59,609 nucleotides of DNA from the NCBI GenBank assembly GCA_964609365.1, contig CAZSRC010000001.1, positions 1 through 59,609 of the forward strand, in the 5' to 3' direction. The translations under genes were made by a program, and so were the position numbers. Below, piece after piece: positions 46,066 through 54,526 of this stretch. Every line of letters begins with the position of its first letter. The stretch's first letter is position 1. This DNA is from an uncultured Gammaproteobacteria bacterium (lineage in GTDB: Bacteria > Patescibacteriota > Patescibacteriia > Patescibacteriales > UBA12465). The notes below the pieces were generated by a model. The model was given only the letters and a program-made list of their open reading frames with translations, did not search any database and was not told where the DNA came from.

Positions 46066-46997
46066 TGATTTTAAAAATACTTTTAAGTGCATTTTTTTAT
46101 AGCTTTTATTTACTATTTCCATTTTTGGCTTTTTTAATTTGGGAACTACTGAAGAAAAATAAAAGACCAATAGAAATTGTTATTCTAATAATAATAGTAA
46201 TAATAATTATTTGGGCTAGGTTTATAGAACCGAGTTATATTAAAATAAAAAAACATAATTTTTCAAAAAAAAATATTAGTACTGAGGAAAAATTAATAAA
46301 AATAGCTATTTTTTCTGATATTCACCTAGGTGCTTTTAATAATCAACTAATTGTTGAAAAATTAGTTAAAAAAACAAACCAGATAAATCCTGACTTAGTT
46401 TTAATACCAGGAGATTTTATTTATGCTATAAATAAGGAAAATATTAATTCAAATATTTCTGGATTAAAAAATATCAAGGCTCCCAAAATAGCAGTTCTAG
46501 GTAATCATGACTACGGTAAAAAAAGCAATAATTACTCTTCTTATATAAACTCGGCCTTAGAATCGGCTGGAGTCTTAATGGTTGATAATAAAATAAAAAC
46601 TATTAATATCAATAATTCTCTCATAGAAATTATAGGCATAGCAGATCTTTGGGTTGGCGCTCCTAATTATAATGGTTTAAATTTAAGTGGATTTGAAGAT
46701 CAAATTGATTTATCTATATTATTAACACATAATCCGGATACAATCTACGAAATAAGTGAAAAAATTAAGGAAAGTAATAAAAGAATAGACCTAATGGTTT
46801 CTGGGCATACACATGCTGGACAGATAAGAATACCAAAAATATATAAACATGTAATACCTAGTGAGTATAAATTTGATAAATATTTTTATAATATTAAGGA
46901 TATTGATCTATTTATAACTCCAGGTATAGGAAATGTTGTACTTCCAATGAGATTATTTAATTTTCCTGAAATAAGTGTAATTGATATAAAGTACTAA
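46065..46997 (+). CDS. Membrane-anchored calcineurin-like metallophosphoesterase (YkuE/YaeI-like)
   Basis: Two N-terminal TMs, then 'FSDIHLG', 'IPGDF', 'LGNHDY' and 'SGHTHAGQ'. Confidence 0.85.
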   Translation: MILKILLSAFFYSFYLLFPFLAFLIWELLKKNKRPIEIVILIIIVIIIIWARFIEPSYIKIKKHNFSKKNISTEEKLIKIAIFSDIHLGAFNNQLIVEKLVKKTNQINPDLVLIPGDFIYAINKENINSNISGLKNIKAPKIAVLGNHDYGKKSNNYSSYINSALESAGVLMVDNKIKTININNSLIEIIGIADLWVGAPNYNGLNLSGFEDQIDLSILLTHNPDTIYEISEKIKESNKRIDLMVSGHTHAGQIRIPKIYKHVIPSEYKFDKYFYNIKDIDLFITPGIGNVVLPMRLFNFPEISVIDIKY

Positions 46998-47001
46998 AGT
47001 A

Positions 47002-47030
47002 TTGCCAAAATAGCATTTTTATGTTATAAT
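47002..47030 (+). promoter_or_regulatory. Promoter (TTGCCA-N17-TGnTATAAT)
   Basis: TTGCCA at 47002-47007, 17-nt spacer ending in TGT, TATAAT at 47025-47030. Confidence 0.5.
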
Positions 47031-47055
47031 CAAAGGTTATAATTAATATTAAGAG

Positions 47056-49110
47056 ATGAATAAAAACTTCAGAAAAATTATTTTATTTCTATTTTTTTTA
47101 ATATTTTTTTTGTTACCTGAAAAAAGCTCAGCAATTACAATTAAAAATACTTATCCAAAAATAGCTAATTATTTTCTAAAATGGACCATAGCAGATTATG
47201 AAGTTAGCGAATTAGCAAAATGGGACCTTTTGATACTTGATATGGAGGTGCAGGAAAATAGTAGATCTAATTTAAGAAAAATAAGAGAACTAAATCCAAA
47301 TATTATTATATTAGCTTATATAACATCTCAAGAGGCTAATGCTGATATTTATTCTAGTCCATGGAGTCAAAATGCCAGTTTAAGAAAAAAATTAGTTAAC
47401 AATATTGATTCTTCTTGGTGGTTAAAAGATAAAAATTCTAATCGAGTTAGTTTTTGGCCAGGAACCTTTATGCTTAATTTAAGTGATGGTGCTAAAACTA
47501 ATTCTAAAGGTCAAAGATGGAATGATTACTTACCTGAATTTGTTTCCAGGGAAATACTTTCCACTAAACTTTGGGATGGTATTTTTTATGATAATATCTG
47601 GGGTGATGTTGCCTGGACCAGGTCTGATCTTGATATATATAATGAAGGAAGCGCAAGATCAATAAGGGATGTAAACAATGCTTGGTCAGATGGGGTGAAA
47701 AAAATGCTTAAAAAAACTAGAGATTTAATTGGTAATAACTATTTAATATTAGGAAATGGTAAAGTTTTTGATGGTTACCAGGTTTTTTTAAATGGAATAA
47801 TGATGGAGGGCTTTCCACCATCATGGGAAAGTAGTGGTGATTGGGGTGGGATTTTAAAAACATACTCATCAGTTAAAAATAACAATAATTCTCCACAAGT
47901 TTCAGTAATTAATTCCTATAATAGTAATAGGCAAAATTATCAATTAATGCGATTTGCTTTAGCAAGTACCTTAATGGAAAATCATGGTTATTTTAGTTTT
48001 GATTTTAGTAACTCTGATCATGGTCAAGTTTGGTGGTATGATGAATATGATGTAAACCTAGGAAAGGCAGTTTCAGCGCCCTACAACTTGCTCGATAAGA
48101 ATAATAACACTTATAAAAAGGGCTTATGGAGAAGAGATTTTGAGCAGGGTAGTGTTATTATAAATTCAACTGAAAAAGAACAGCTTTATGTATTTAATCA
48201 AGAGGAATTCCAGAAAATAAATGGAAGTCAGGATCGTAGTGTTAATAATGGCAGTATTATAAACTTTATAAAAATAAAATCTAATGATGGGGTGGTTTTA
48301 ATAAAAAGAAATTCAAGTACCTCGTCTGTAAAAAATAATAGTTTTAATAACGGTGATTTTATTAGAGTATTTGATAAAGATGGAAGACAAAGCAGGGCCG
48401 GTTTCTTCTCTTATATAGATGCCTATCCAGCTAATTCACAAATATTAATAAGTGATATAGATAATGATGGTAATAATGAAACTCTAGTTAATAGTCGAGG
48501 AATTATTTCTATTTATAAAAATAATATCAAAATAAGGGAATTCAAACCATATGACGGTAAATTTGTTGGTGAAATATCTTTTGCAGTTGCTGATTTAGAT
48601 GGTGATGGCAGTAAAGAGATAATTACTGGAGCCGGTCAAGGTGGTGGTCCTCATGTCAGGGTTTTTAATAAAGATGGTAAACCTTTAATTGGCGGTTTCT
48701 TTGCTTATGATCAAAAGTTCAGAGGAGGTGTTAGAGTTGCAGTTATGGACTTAGATGGAGATGGGACGCAAGAAATAATAACAGCTGCCGGGATAGGTGG
48801 TGGACCCCATATTAGAGTATTTACTAAAGACGGAAAACCTTTAATTGGTGGTTTTTTTGCTTATGATCAAAAGTTTAGGGGTGGTGTTAGTATAGCTATT
48901 GGGGATGTAAATGGCAATGGACAAAAAGAAATTATTACTGGACCTGGGCCCGGATCTCAAGCAGAGGTAAAAATATTTGATAAGGATGGCAGATTTATGA
49001 ATTCATTTTTAGCTTATGAAAGTAGTTTTAATTCTGGTATAAGAGTTATGGCTGATGATATTGATAATAATAAAATAGCCGATATTTTAGTTGGAGCTAT
49101 TAGTTTTTAA
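47056..49110 (+). CDS. Secreted protein: N-terminal TIM-barrel glycoside-hydrolase-like (GH114/GHL15-like) domain + C-terminal FG-GAP/VCBS beta-propeller repeats
   Basis: Has a signal peptide. 'WDLLILDME...NPNIIILAYITSQE' and 'WDGIFYDNIWGD' resemble GHL-type TIM barrels. The C-terminus has repeated 'D.DGDG..EIITG.G.GGGPH.RVF.KDGK'. Confidence 0.6.
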   Translation: MNKNFRKIILFLFFLIFFLLPEKSSAITIKNTYPKIANYFLKWTIADYEVSELAKWDLLILDMEVQENSRSNLRKIRELNPNIIILAYITSQEANADIYSSPWSQNASLRKKLVNNIDSSWWLKDKNSNRVSFWPGTFMLNLSDGAKTNSKGQRWNDYLPEFVSREILSTKLWDGIFYDNIWGDVAWTRSDLDIYNEGSARSIRDVNNAWSDGVKKMLKKTRDLIGNNYLILGNGKVFDGYQVFLNGIMMEGFPPSWESSGDWGGILKTYSSVKNNNNSPQVSVINSYNSNRQNYQLMRFALASTLMENHGYFSFDFSNSDHGQVWWYDEYDVNLGKAVSAPYNLLDKNNNTYKKGLWRRDFEQGSVIINSTEKEQLYVFNQEEFQKINGSQDRSVNNGSIINFIKIKSNDGVVLIKRNSSTSSVKNNSFNNGDFIRVFDKDGRQSRAGFFSYIDAYPANSQILISDIDNDGNNETLVNSRGIISIYKNNIKIREFKPYDGKFVGEISFAVADLDGDGSKEIITGAGQGGGPHVRVFNKDGKPLIGGFFAYDQKFRGGVRVAVMDLDGDGTQEIITAAGIGGGPHIRVFTKDGKPLIGGFFAYDQKFRGGVSIAIGDVNGNGQKEIITGPGPGSQAEVKIFDKDGRFMNSFLAYESSFNSGIRVMADDIDNNKIADILVGAISF
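48592..48903 (+). repeat. Two near-identical 156-bp (52-aa) tandem FG-GAP repeat units inside CDS 47056-49110
   Basis: Unit 48592-48747 (DLDGDGSKEIITGAGQGGGPHVRVFNKDGKPLIGGFFAYDQKFRGGVRVAVM) versus 48748-48903 (DLDGDGTQEIITAAGIGGGPHIRVFTKDGKPLIGGFFAYDQKFRGGVSIAIG). More degenerate units flank them. Confidence 0.9.
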
Positions 49111-49111
49111 A

Positions 49112-49140
49112 TTGATTTTTATTAATAAATTAATTATAAT
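49112..49140 (+). promoter_or_regulatory. Promoter (TTGATT-N17-TATAAT)
   Basis: TTGATT at 49112-49117, 17-nt spacer, TATAAT at 49135-49140. Confidence 0.45.
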
Positions 49141-49157
49141 GTAACTATAATAAATAT

Positions 49158-51041
49158 ATGGAAAACAAAAAAAACAAAAAAAAATCTCCCTTTGTTAGTC
49201 AAGAAAATGGAGGATTGGAAGTAATAAGTCCCATGGAAAACTTATCATCATCTCAATTAATAATTGAAAATGATAATGATAATGATTCTATAAATATAAG
49301 CAAAGAAAAAATTCAAGTTAAAAAAAGTGGTAATTTAGTTATAGGAAGTTTGAATTTAGCACTTGATCCAATTAGGCGAAGAAATGAGAGATATTATAAA
49401 AATAATTTTTGGCATATTATAGCTGATCTATTTTTAGTTTTATTAATTTTAACTTTAGTTTTTTCTTTATTTTATATAAATAATTGGAGAAATGATGAAA
49501 AAATTCAATTAAATATTCAAAATAACAACCAAGAAATAGTATCCGGCTCATTAAATTCTTTTGAGCTTACTTATAAATCAGAAATTAAGACTACAAAAAG
49601 TAAGGTTCATCTTTCCTTGCCTGAAAATATAATAATTGAGTCAGTTTCTCCTAGTAATTTGTTTAGTAAGGAGACAAATAGTTTTGATCTAGGATTGCTT
49701 GATGCTGGTTCTAGCGGTAAAATAAAAATAAATGCCTTTATTTTTGGAAAAAAAGATGCTCAACAAAAAATAGGATTTACTTTTAATTGCGAGCAATGCG
49801 GAAGGAAGGGTTTCACTAAGTCTCTTTTTTATAATATTGAAAAATCTATTATAGACATGGATTTATCTCTCCCGGAAATAGCCCATACAAATAGTGAGTT
49901 TGATTCCTTTATAAATATAAAAAATAATAGTAATCAGGATATTAATAATATAAAAATACAGCTAGGCAGTGATATTGTGATTAGGGATTCTGATTTTAAA
50001 TTTGAGCATTCTTATATTATTATAGATAAATTATCTAGCTTGGAAAATAAAAAAATAGAATTTACTGCAGAAGTTAACAAAGAGGCTGTTATTAATATAA
50101 AGCCAATAATTGAGTTGAGTATCTTGGATGAAAAGTTTCAATTCAGTGAAAAAAGTTTTTCATTGAATGTTAAAAAGCCAAGTTTTAATCTTGTTATAGA
50201 TACTGATAAAAAAATAGCTAATCATAATGAAGAAATATCTTATACGATAAAAATAAAAAATGAAGAAAAAGTTTCTTTAAAAAATATAAAAATTAACTTA
50301 TTTTCAGCTAATAATAATTTTTCCTTAAATGCGGTAAAATTAATAGGTAACTTAAAAAATGCCAGATTACTAGATAAAACAATCTCTATAAATGATTTAT
50401 TGGCTGATGAAGAGTTAATAATAAATATAACAGCATCTTTTAGTGGAAGAAAAATCATAGCCAATCAAGAATTAGCAATTAGGGCTGAAACAGAATATGA
50501 AATTGATAATCATATAATAAAATATAAAAGCAATTCAAAGGAAACCAAGCTTAATTCTATTTTTAGAGCTACTGCATCTGCTTATTATTATAGTCCACAA
50601 GGTGATCAACTTGGGGTTGGGCCACTTCCACCAGCTATTAATATGGCCACTAATTACTGGATTTTTTTAGAGTTTGATAACGAGGGGAATAGTTTGAGAG
50701 ATCTTGTTTTGAGTGCTGAATTAGCAGAAAATGTTTATTTTAGTGATAATAAAAGAGTTCTTGATGGAGCATTAAATTATGCAGAAATTGGTAAAAGATT
50801 AATTTGGCAAATATCAGAAATAAGTAGCGGGAATAGTAAACAAAGGGCAAACTTTGAAATAACCTTAATTCCGGAAAGTGATGACCTGGGCAAGACCTTA
50901 GAATTACTTAAAAATATAAAAATTAGTGCTATTGATAATTTTACAAATCAGGAAATATCTACTTCAATTGGAAATATTAACACTGATCTAAAAAATGATA
51001 AATTTTCTAGTGGCAAGGGTAAGGTTATTAATCTAAGATAA
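49158..51041 (+). CDS. Large membrane-anchored hypothetical protein with a beta-rich extracytoplasmic region
   Basis: 627 aa with a single TM (FWHIIADLFLVLLILTLVFSLFYI). Several roughly 100-aa segments have alternating hydrophobic patterns. No family recognised. Confidence 0.6.
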   Translation: MENKKNKKKSPFVSQENGGLEVISPMENLSSSQLIIENDNDNDSINISKEKIQVKKSGNLVIGSLNLALDPIRRRNERYYKNNFWHIIADLFLVLLILTLVFSLFYINNWRNDEKIQLNIQNNNQEIVSGSLNSFELTYKSEIKTTKSKVHLSLPENIIIESVSPSNLFSKETNSFDLGLLDAGSSGKIKINAFIFGKKDAQQKIGFTFNCEQCGRKGFTKSLFYNIEKSIIDMDLSLPEIAHTNSEFDSFINIKNNSNQDINNIKIQLGSDIVIRDSDFKFEHSYIIIDKLSSLENKKIEFTAEVNKEAVINIKPIIELSILDEKFQFSEKSFSLNVKKPSFNLVIDTDKKIANHNEEISYTIKIKNEEKVSLKNIKINLFSANNNFSLNAVKLIGNLKNARLLDKTISINDLLADEELIINITASFSGRKIIANQELAIRAETEYEIDNHIIKYKSNSKETKLNSIFRATASAYYYSPQGDQLGVGPLPPAINMATNYWIFLEFDNEGNSLRDLVLSAELAENVYFSDNKRVLDGALNYAEIGKRLIWQISEISSGNSKQRANFEITLIPESDDLGKTLELLKNIKISAIDNFTNQEISTSIGNINTDLKNDKFSSGKGKVINLR

Positions 51042-51054
51042 AATTAATTAAACT

Positions 51055-52209
51055 ATGATCGAAAAATTAAGAAACATAATAAAGGCAAAATATATACCAC
51101 TTAATACAATAGAAATAATAAAAGATAATATTATTTCTAATTTAAACTATCTTTATTCACTACAAAATCAAGCGGAGATGTTTCCAGTTTTAAAAAGCAA
51201 TGCTTATGGTCATGGATTGAAAGAGATTTGTAAAATTCTAAAAGATACTCAACTTAAAATGGTTGCCGTTGATTCTTTTCCAGAAGCTCAAATAATTTAT
51301 AAAAAATCCAACCTAAGAGTTCTTATTATGAGTGAAATGCCTCTCAAGGTTTATAAATATTGCAATATAAAAAGAACAGAATTTACTGTTTATAATCAAG
51401 AAACACTTAGATATTTAAGCAAGCTTAACAAAAAAATAAAAATTCATTTATTTGTAAACACTGGAATGAATAGAGAGGGGATAGATGATATCGAAAGTTT
51501 TATAGAAAATAATAAAAAATACTTAGACAGATTGGATATTTGTGGTTTTTGCTCACATTTAGCCGAGGCTGATAATTCAGATAGCTTATATAATAAAAAG
51601 CAGGAAAAAATATTTTTTAAAAAATTAAATACTTTAAATAAATATAAAATATATCCAAAATGGATACATTTAGGTAATTCTGCTGGAATATTCAACCTTA
51701 ATGATCAAAGATTGAACGCATTTAGACCAGGAATATCTTTTTATGGTTACAATCCCTTTAAAGAATCTGATAAGAATTATAAAAATGCTAGCCAGCTTAA
51801 ACCAGCTTTGAGGGTTTTCTCAACTATAATAGCCAAGCATCGAGTATTAAAGGGGGAGAGAATTTCCTATGATAACAGCCTAGAACTAGAAGATGATAGT
51901 AATATAGCATTAATCCCATTTGGTTATTATGAGGGTCTAGATAGGTCATTATCCAATTGTGCAAAATTTTTATTCAGCAATAATAATGATATTTTTTGGG
52001 TTAAAATAGCCGGAAAAGTCTGTATGAATTTAACCTGTTTAAATTTTTTGAACAATGAAATTATACTAGGGAAGAGAGTTAATCTAATTTCGGAGATAAA
52101 TGGTTTTCCTAATTCATTAGAAAATATTAGTAAAAATAGTAATAAAATAAATTACGAAACCTTAGTATCCCTGAATAGCAACATAAAAAGACTTATTTGT
52201 CAAAAATAA
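51055..52209 (+). CDS. alr: Alanine racemase
   Basis: 'PVLKSNAYGHGL' (PLP-Lys motif) and 'ISYDN...ALIPFGYYEG'. 384 aa. Confidence 0.88.
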   Translation: MIEKLRNIIKAKYIPLNTIEIIKDNIISNLNYLYSLQNQAEMFPVLKSNAYGHGLKEICKILKDTQLKMVAVDSFPEAQIIYKKSNLRVLIMSEMPLKVYKYCNIKRTEFTVYNQETLRYLSKLNKKIKIHLFVNTGMNREGIDDIESFIENNKKYLDRLDICGFCSHLAEADNSDSLYNKKQEKIFFKKLNTLNKYKIYPKWIHLGNSAGIFNLNDQRLNAFRPGISFYGYNPFKESDKNYKNASQLKPALRVFSTIIAKHRVLKGERISYDNSLELEDDSNIALIPFGYYEGLDRSLSNCAKFLFSNNNDIFWVKIAGKVCMNLTCLNFLNNEIILGKRVNLISEINGFPNSLENISKNSNKINYETLVSLNSNIKRLICQK

Positions 52210-52222
52210 TTCAAAATATAAT

Positions 52223-53212
52223 ATGCAAAGAAAAATAGGACATCATAATAAACTAGAAAGGAACAAAAAAAGCTTCTCGAGTTCATTTAGAGCACCAAAA
52301 AAAGAAAAAAATTACAAATCATTAATAATATTAGTAATTTTATCTATCATAGTTATATCAATTATCTTATTTTTAGTCCTTTCTAGTTTTTTAAAAATAA
52401 AAAATACTGAAATAAAAGGATTAAATAATGAAAAAATGTTCGAAATTGAATCTATGGTGGAAAATCAAAAAAATACTAGAAAAATGTTGTTTAAACAGGA
52501 AAATTTAATATTTTTCAATCAATCAGACCTTATAAATTCATTAAATAGCTTTAATTTTCATGAAGTAAAGGTTAAAAAAGACTATTTTTCTAGAAAAATA
52601 ACAATCAACATAAAAGAAAGGGAAAAATCTATTATATTTTTAGAATCTTCGGATTATTTTTTCATAGATAAAGATGCTAATATAATTGAATCAATTAAAA
52701 GCTGTGAGTATCTAGAAAAAATAAAAGAACAAGAAGCCTCTAGTGCTACTAGTAGTAATAATTCTGTACAAGAGGATGCTCAAGGTCTAAATATAGAGTC
52801 GGAGCAGGATTTAGAGCAAGAACAGAGCTTAGAGCAAGAAGAATGCCTAAAAATAGACCAAGAATTTAAATCTAATAATTTACTACCTTTAATTGAGAAT
52901 AATGGCAAGAATAGACTTGATTCAAATAAAAAAATAATAAAATTAGAACCTGGATATATTGATTTTTCATTAAAATTATACAATGATTTAAGCGAAAACA
53001 GTGATTTCGGCTTTAAAAATATAATACTAGATGAAGAGTATAACACTGTAAAAGTTAGGCTAAATAATGATCTAGAGCTTTATTTTAGCTTTAAAAACGA
53101 CTATTTAGACCAGATTTCTAGATTTTTTACATTAAAAAGAGAGAGAATTAACGATCTAAAGGGTAAAAAATATATAGATTTTAGATATGGAGACAAAATA
53201 TATTATTATTAA
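52223..53212 (+). CDS. ftsQ: FtsQ/DivIB-like cell division protein (POTRA domain) with an acidic insert
   Basis: Basic N-terminus and a single TM. 'IKNTEIKGLNN' marks the POTRA start. Internal E/Q/S-rich insert (DLEQEQSLEQEE). Confidence 0.65.
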   Translation: MQRKIGHHNKLERNKKSFSSSFRAPKKEKNYKSLIILVILSIIVISIILFLVLSSFLKIKNTEIKGLNNEKMFEIESMVENQKNTRKMLFKQENLIFFNQSDLINSLNSFNFHEVKVKKDYFSRKITINIKEREKSIIFLESSDYFFIDKDANIIESIKSCEYLEKIKEQEASSATSSNNSVQEDAQGLNIESEQDLEQEQSLEQEECLKIDQEFKSNNLLPLIENNGKNRLDSNKKIIKLEPGYIDFSLKLYNDLSENSDFGFKNIILDEEYNTVKVRLNNDLELYFSFKNDYLDQISRFFTLKRERINDLKGKKYIDFRYGDKIYYY

Positions 53213-53224
53213 TTTTTAAATATT

Positions 53225-53368
53225 ATGGGAGAAGGTGCATTTAAATTTATTTTTTCTTTGGCTATTTTTGTTTTTTGTTTAGTAACAATAGGAATATTTT
53301 TAATAATTTTAAAAATAATGTTATTATTTACGCCACAAATAAGCCTAATGGGCTTAACTATTTATTAA
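53225..53368 (+). CDS. Possible small hydrophobic peptide (47 aa, below track cut-off)
   Basis: My own translation is MGEGAFKFIFSLAIFVFCLVTIGIFLIILKIMLLFTPQISLMGLTIY*. It begins 12 nt after the ftsQ stop and has one or two TM helices. Confidence 0.3.
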   Translation: MGEGAFKFIFSLAIFVFCLVTIGIFLIILKIMLLFTPQISLMGLTIY

Positions 53369-53415
53369 TATTATTATTCTTTTATTATCGTATTTTATAT
53401 GTTACTATATAGTAT

Positions 53416-53443
53416 AGGTTAATTAATATACATTATGCGAAGT
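53416..53443 (-). other. Candidate dif-like Xer recombination site
   Basis: The minus-strand reading ACTTCGCATAATGTATATTAATTAACCT shares a contiguous 16-nt identity (CGCATAATGTATATTA) with E. coli dif as I recall it. It matches 20/28 to E. coli dif and 21/28 to B. subtilis dif. It lies 77 nt upstream of the xer gene. Confidence 0.45.
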
Positions 53444-53456
53444 ATTATATAAAACA

Positions 53457-53478
53457 TTTATTACTATATAGTAATAAA
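53457..53478. repeat. 22-bp perfect palindrome TTTATTACTATATAGTAATAAA; its 12-bp core TACTATATAGTA also occurs at 53403-53414
   Basis: Read directly. The two cores lie 59 bp apart and bracket the dif-like site. The second is 41 nt upstream of the xer ATG. Confidence 0.9.
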
Positions 53479-53519
53479 AATACTCATTCCCCTAAAATAA
53501 TAAACTAAAGAACCAAGTA

Positions 53520-54467
53520 ATGGAAAATAAGGCAATTATTAAATATCTTAGAGACTTTTTGGATTATTGTGAAATTGAAAAAGGTTTATCAATTAAAACT
53601 CAGGAAAATTATTCTAGATTCTTAAATAAGTTTTTTAATTGGTTAAAAGATAATAAACTGGATCAATTAAAACCAGGATCATTAAATGATGAGCTTATTT
53701 GGCGATATCGACTTTTTCTATCCAGGCATATAGATGCAAGAACCAAGAAGAGTCTTAAAAAATCTACTCAAAATTATTATTTAATAGCATTGAGAAGTCT
53801 TTTAGAATTTTTTGTAGAAAAAAATATTAATTCTTTGGCTCCTAGTAAAATAAAACTGGCCAGAGATAGATCAGAAAGAGAAATTAAATTTTTAAATTTA
53901 GATCAACTAGAAAGACTTCTGGATTCGCCAGAGCAATCTACAATTATTGGTCTAAGAGATAAATCTATTTTAGAGAGCCTATTCTCTACCGGACTTCGAG
54001 TTTCTGAATTAATAAACCTAAATAGAGATCAAATAAAAATAAAAAATGATTCTGACTACTTAGAAATAACAATAGTTGGAAAGGGTCAAAAAGTAAGAAC
54101 GGTTTATTTTTCCAAGAGGGCTATAAGTGCTTTAAAAAAATATCTAGATAAAAGGTTTGATCTTGACCCTTCCCTATTTATAAATTTTAAACCAGGGATA
54201 GAAAAAACTGATAAATCAAGAAGATTAACTGCTAAAAGTATCGAGGATATAGTAAAAAAATATATAAAAATAGCAGGATTACCAATAATGGCTACTCCTC
54301 ATACTCTTAGACATAGTTTTGCAACTGATTTATTATCTCAAGGAGTTGATTTAAGGCTTGTCCAAGAGTTTTTGGGCCACAAGAACATTGCAACAACCCA
54401 AATATACACTCATGTAACGAGCAAACAACTAAGGGATGTCCATAAAAAAATACATAATAAAAGATAA
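53520..54467 (+). CDS. XerC/XerD-type tyrosine site-specific recombinase
   Basis: N-terminal SAM-like domain. Catalytic residues are in 'GLRVSEL' (R), 'GKGQKVR' (K), 'HTLRHSFAT' (H-x-x-R), 'LGH' and 'TQIYTH' (Y). Confidence 0.9.
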   Translation: MENKAIIKYLRDFLDYCEIEKGLSIKTQENYSRFLNKFFNWLKDNKLDQLKPGSLNDELIWRYRLFLSRHIDARTKKSLKKSTQNYYLIALRSLLEFFVEKNINSLAPSKIKLARDRSEREIKFLNLDQLERLLDSPEQSTIIGLRDKSILESLFSTGLRVSELINLNRDQIKIKNDSDYLEITIVGKGQKVRTVYFSKRAISALKKYLDKRFDLDPSLFINFKPGIEKTDKSRRLTAKSIEDIVKKYIKIAGLPIMATPHTLRHSFATDLLSQGVDLRLVQEFLGHKNIATTQIYTHVTSKQLRDVHKKIHNKR

Positions 54468-54526
54468 AAAAACTAGTCGAATGACTAGTTTTTTTGTTAT
54501 ACTTTTTTTATTTTTTTTATTATTGA

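Noticed and set aside
52790-52850. Short repeated ttagagcaagaa units inside ftsQ.
   Set aside because: This is only a two-copy acidic low-complexity linker (DLEQEQSLEQEE) within the coding frame, not an independent repeat element.
53520-54467. The tyrosine recombinase as a marker of an integrated mobile element.
   Set aside because: It is flanked by ftsQ/alr and by M23 peptidase and helicase housekeeping genes. There are no phage or conjugation genes or flanking direct repeats. Its domain layout and the dif-like site upstream fit a chromosomal Xer recombinase.
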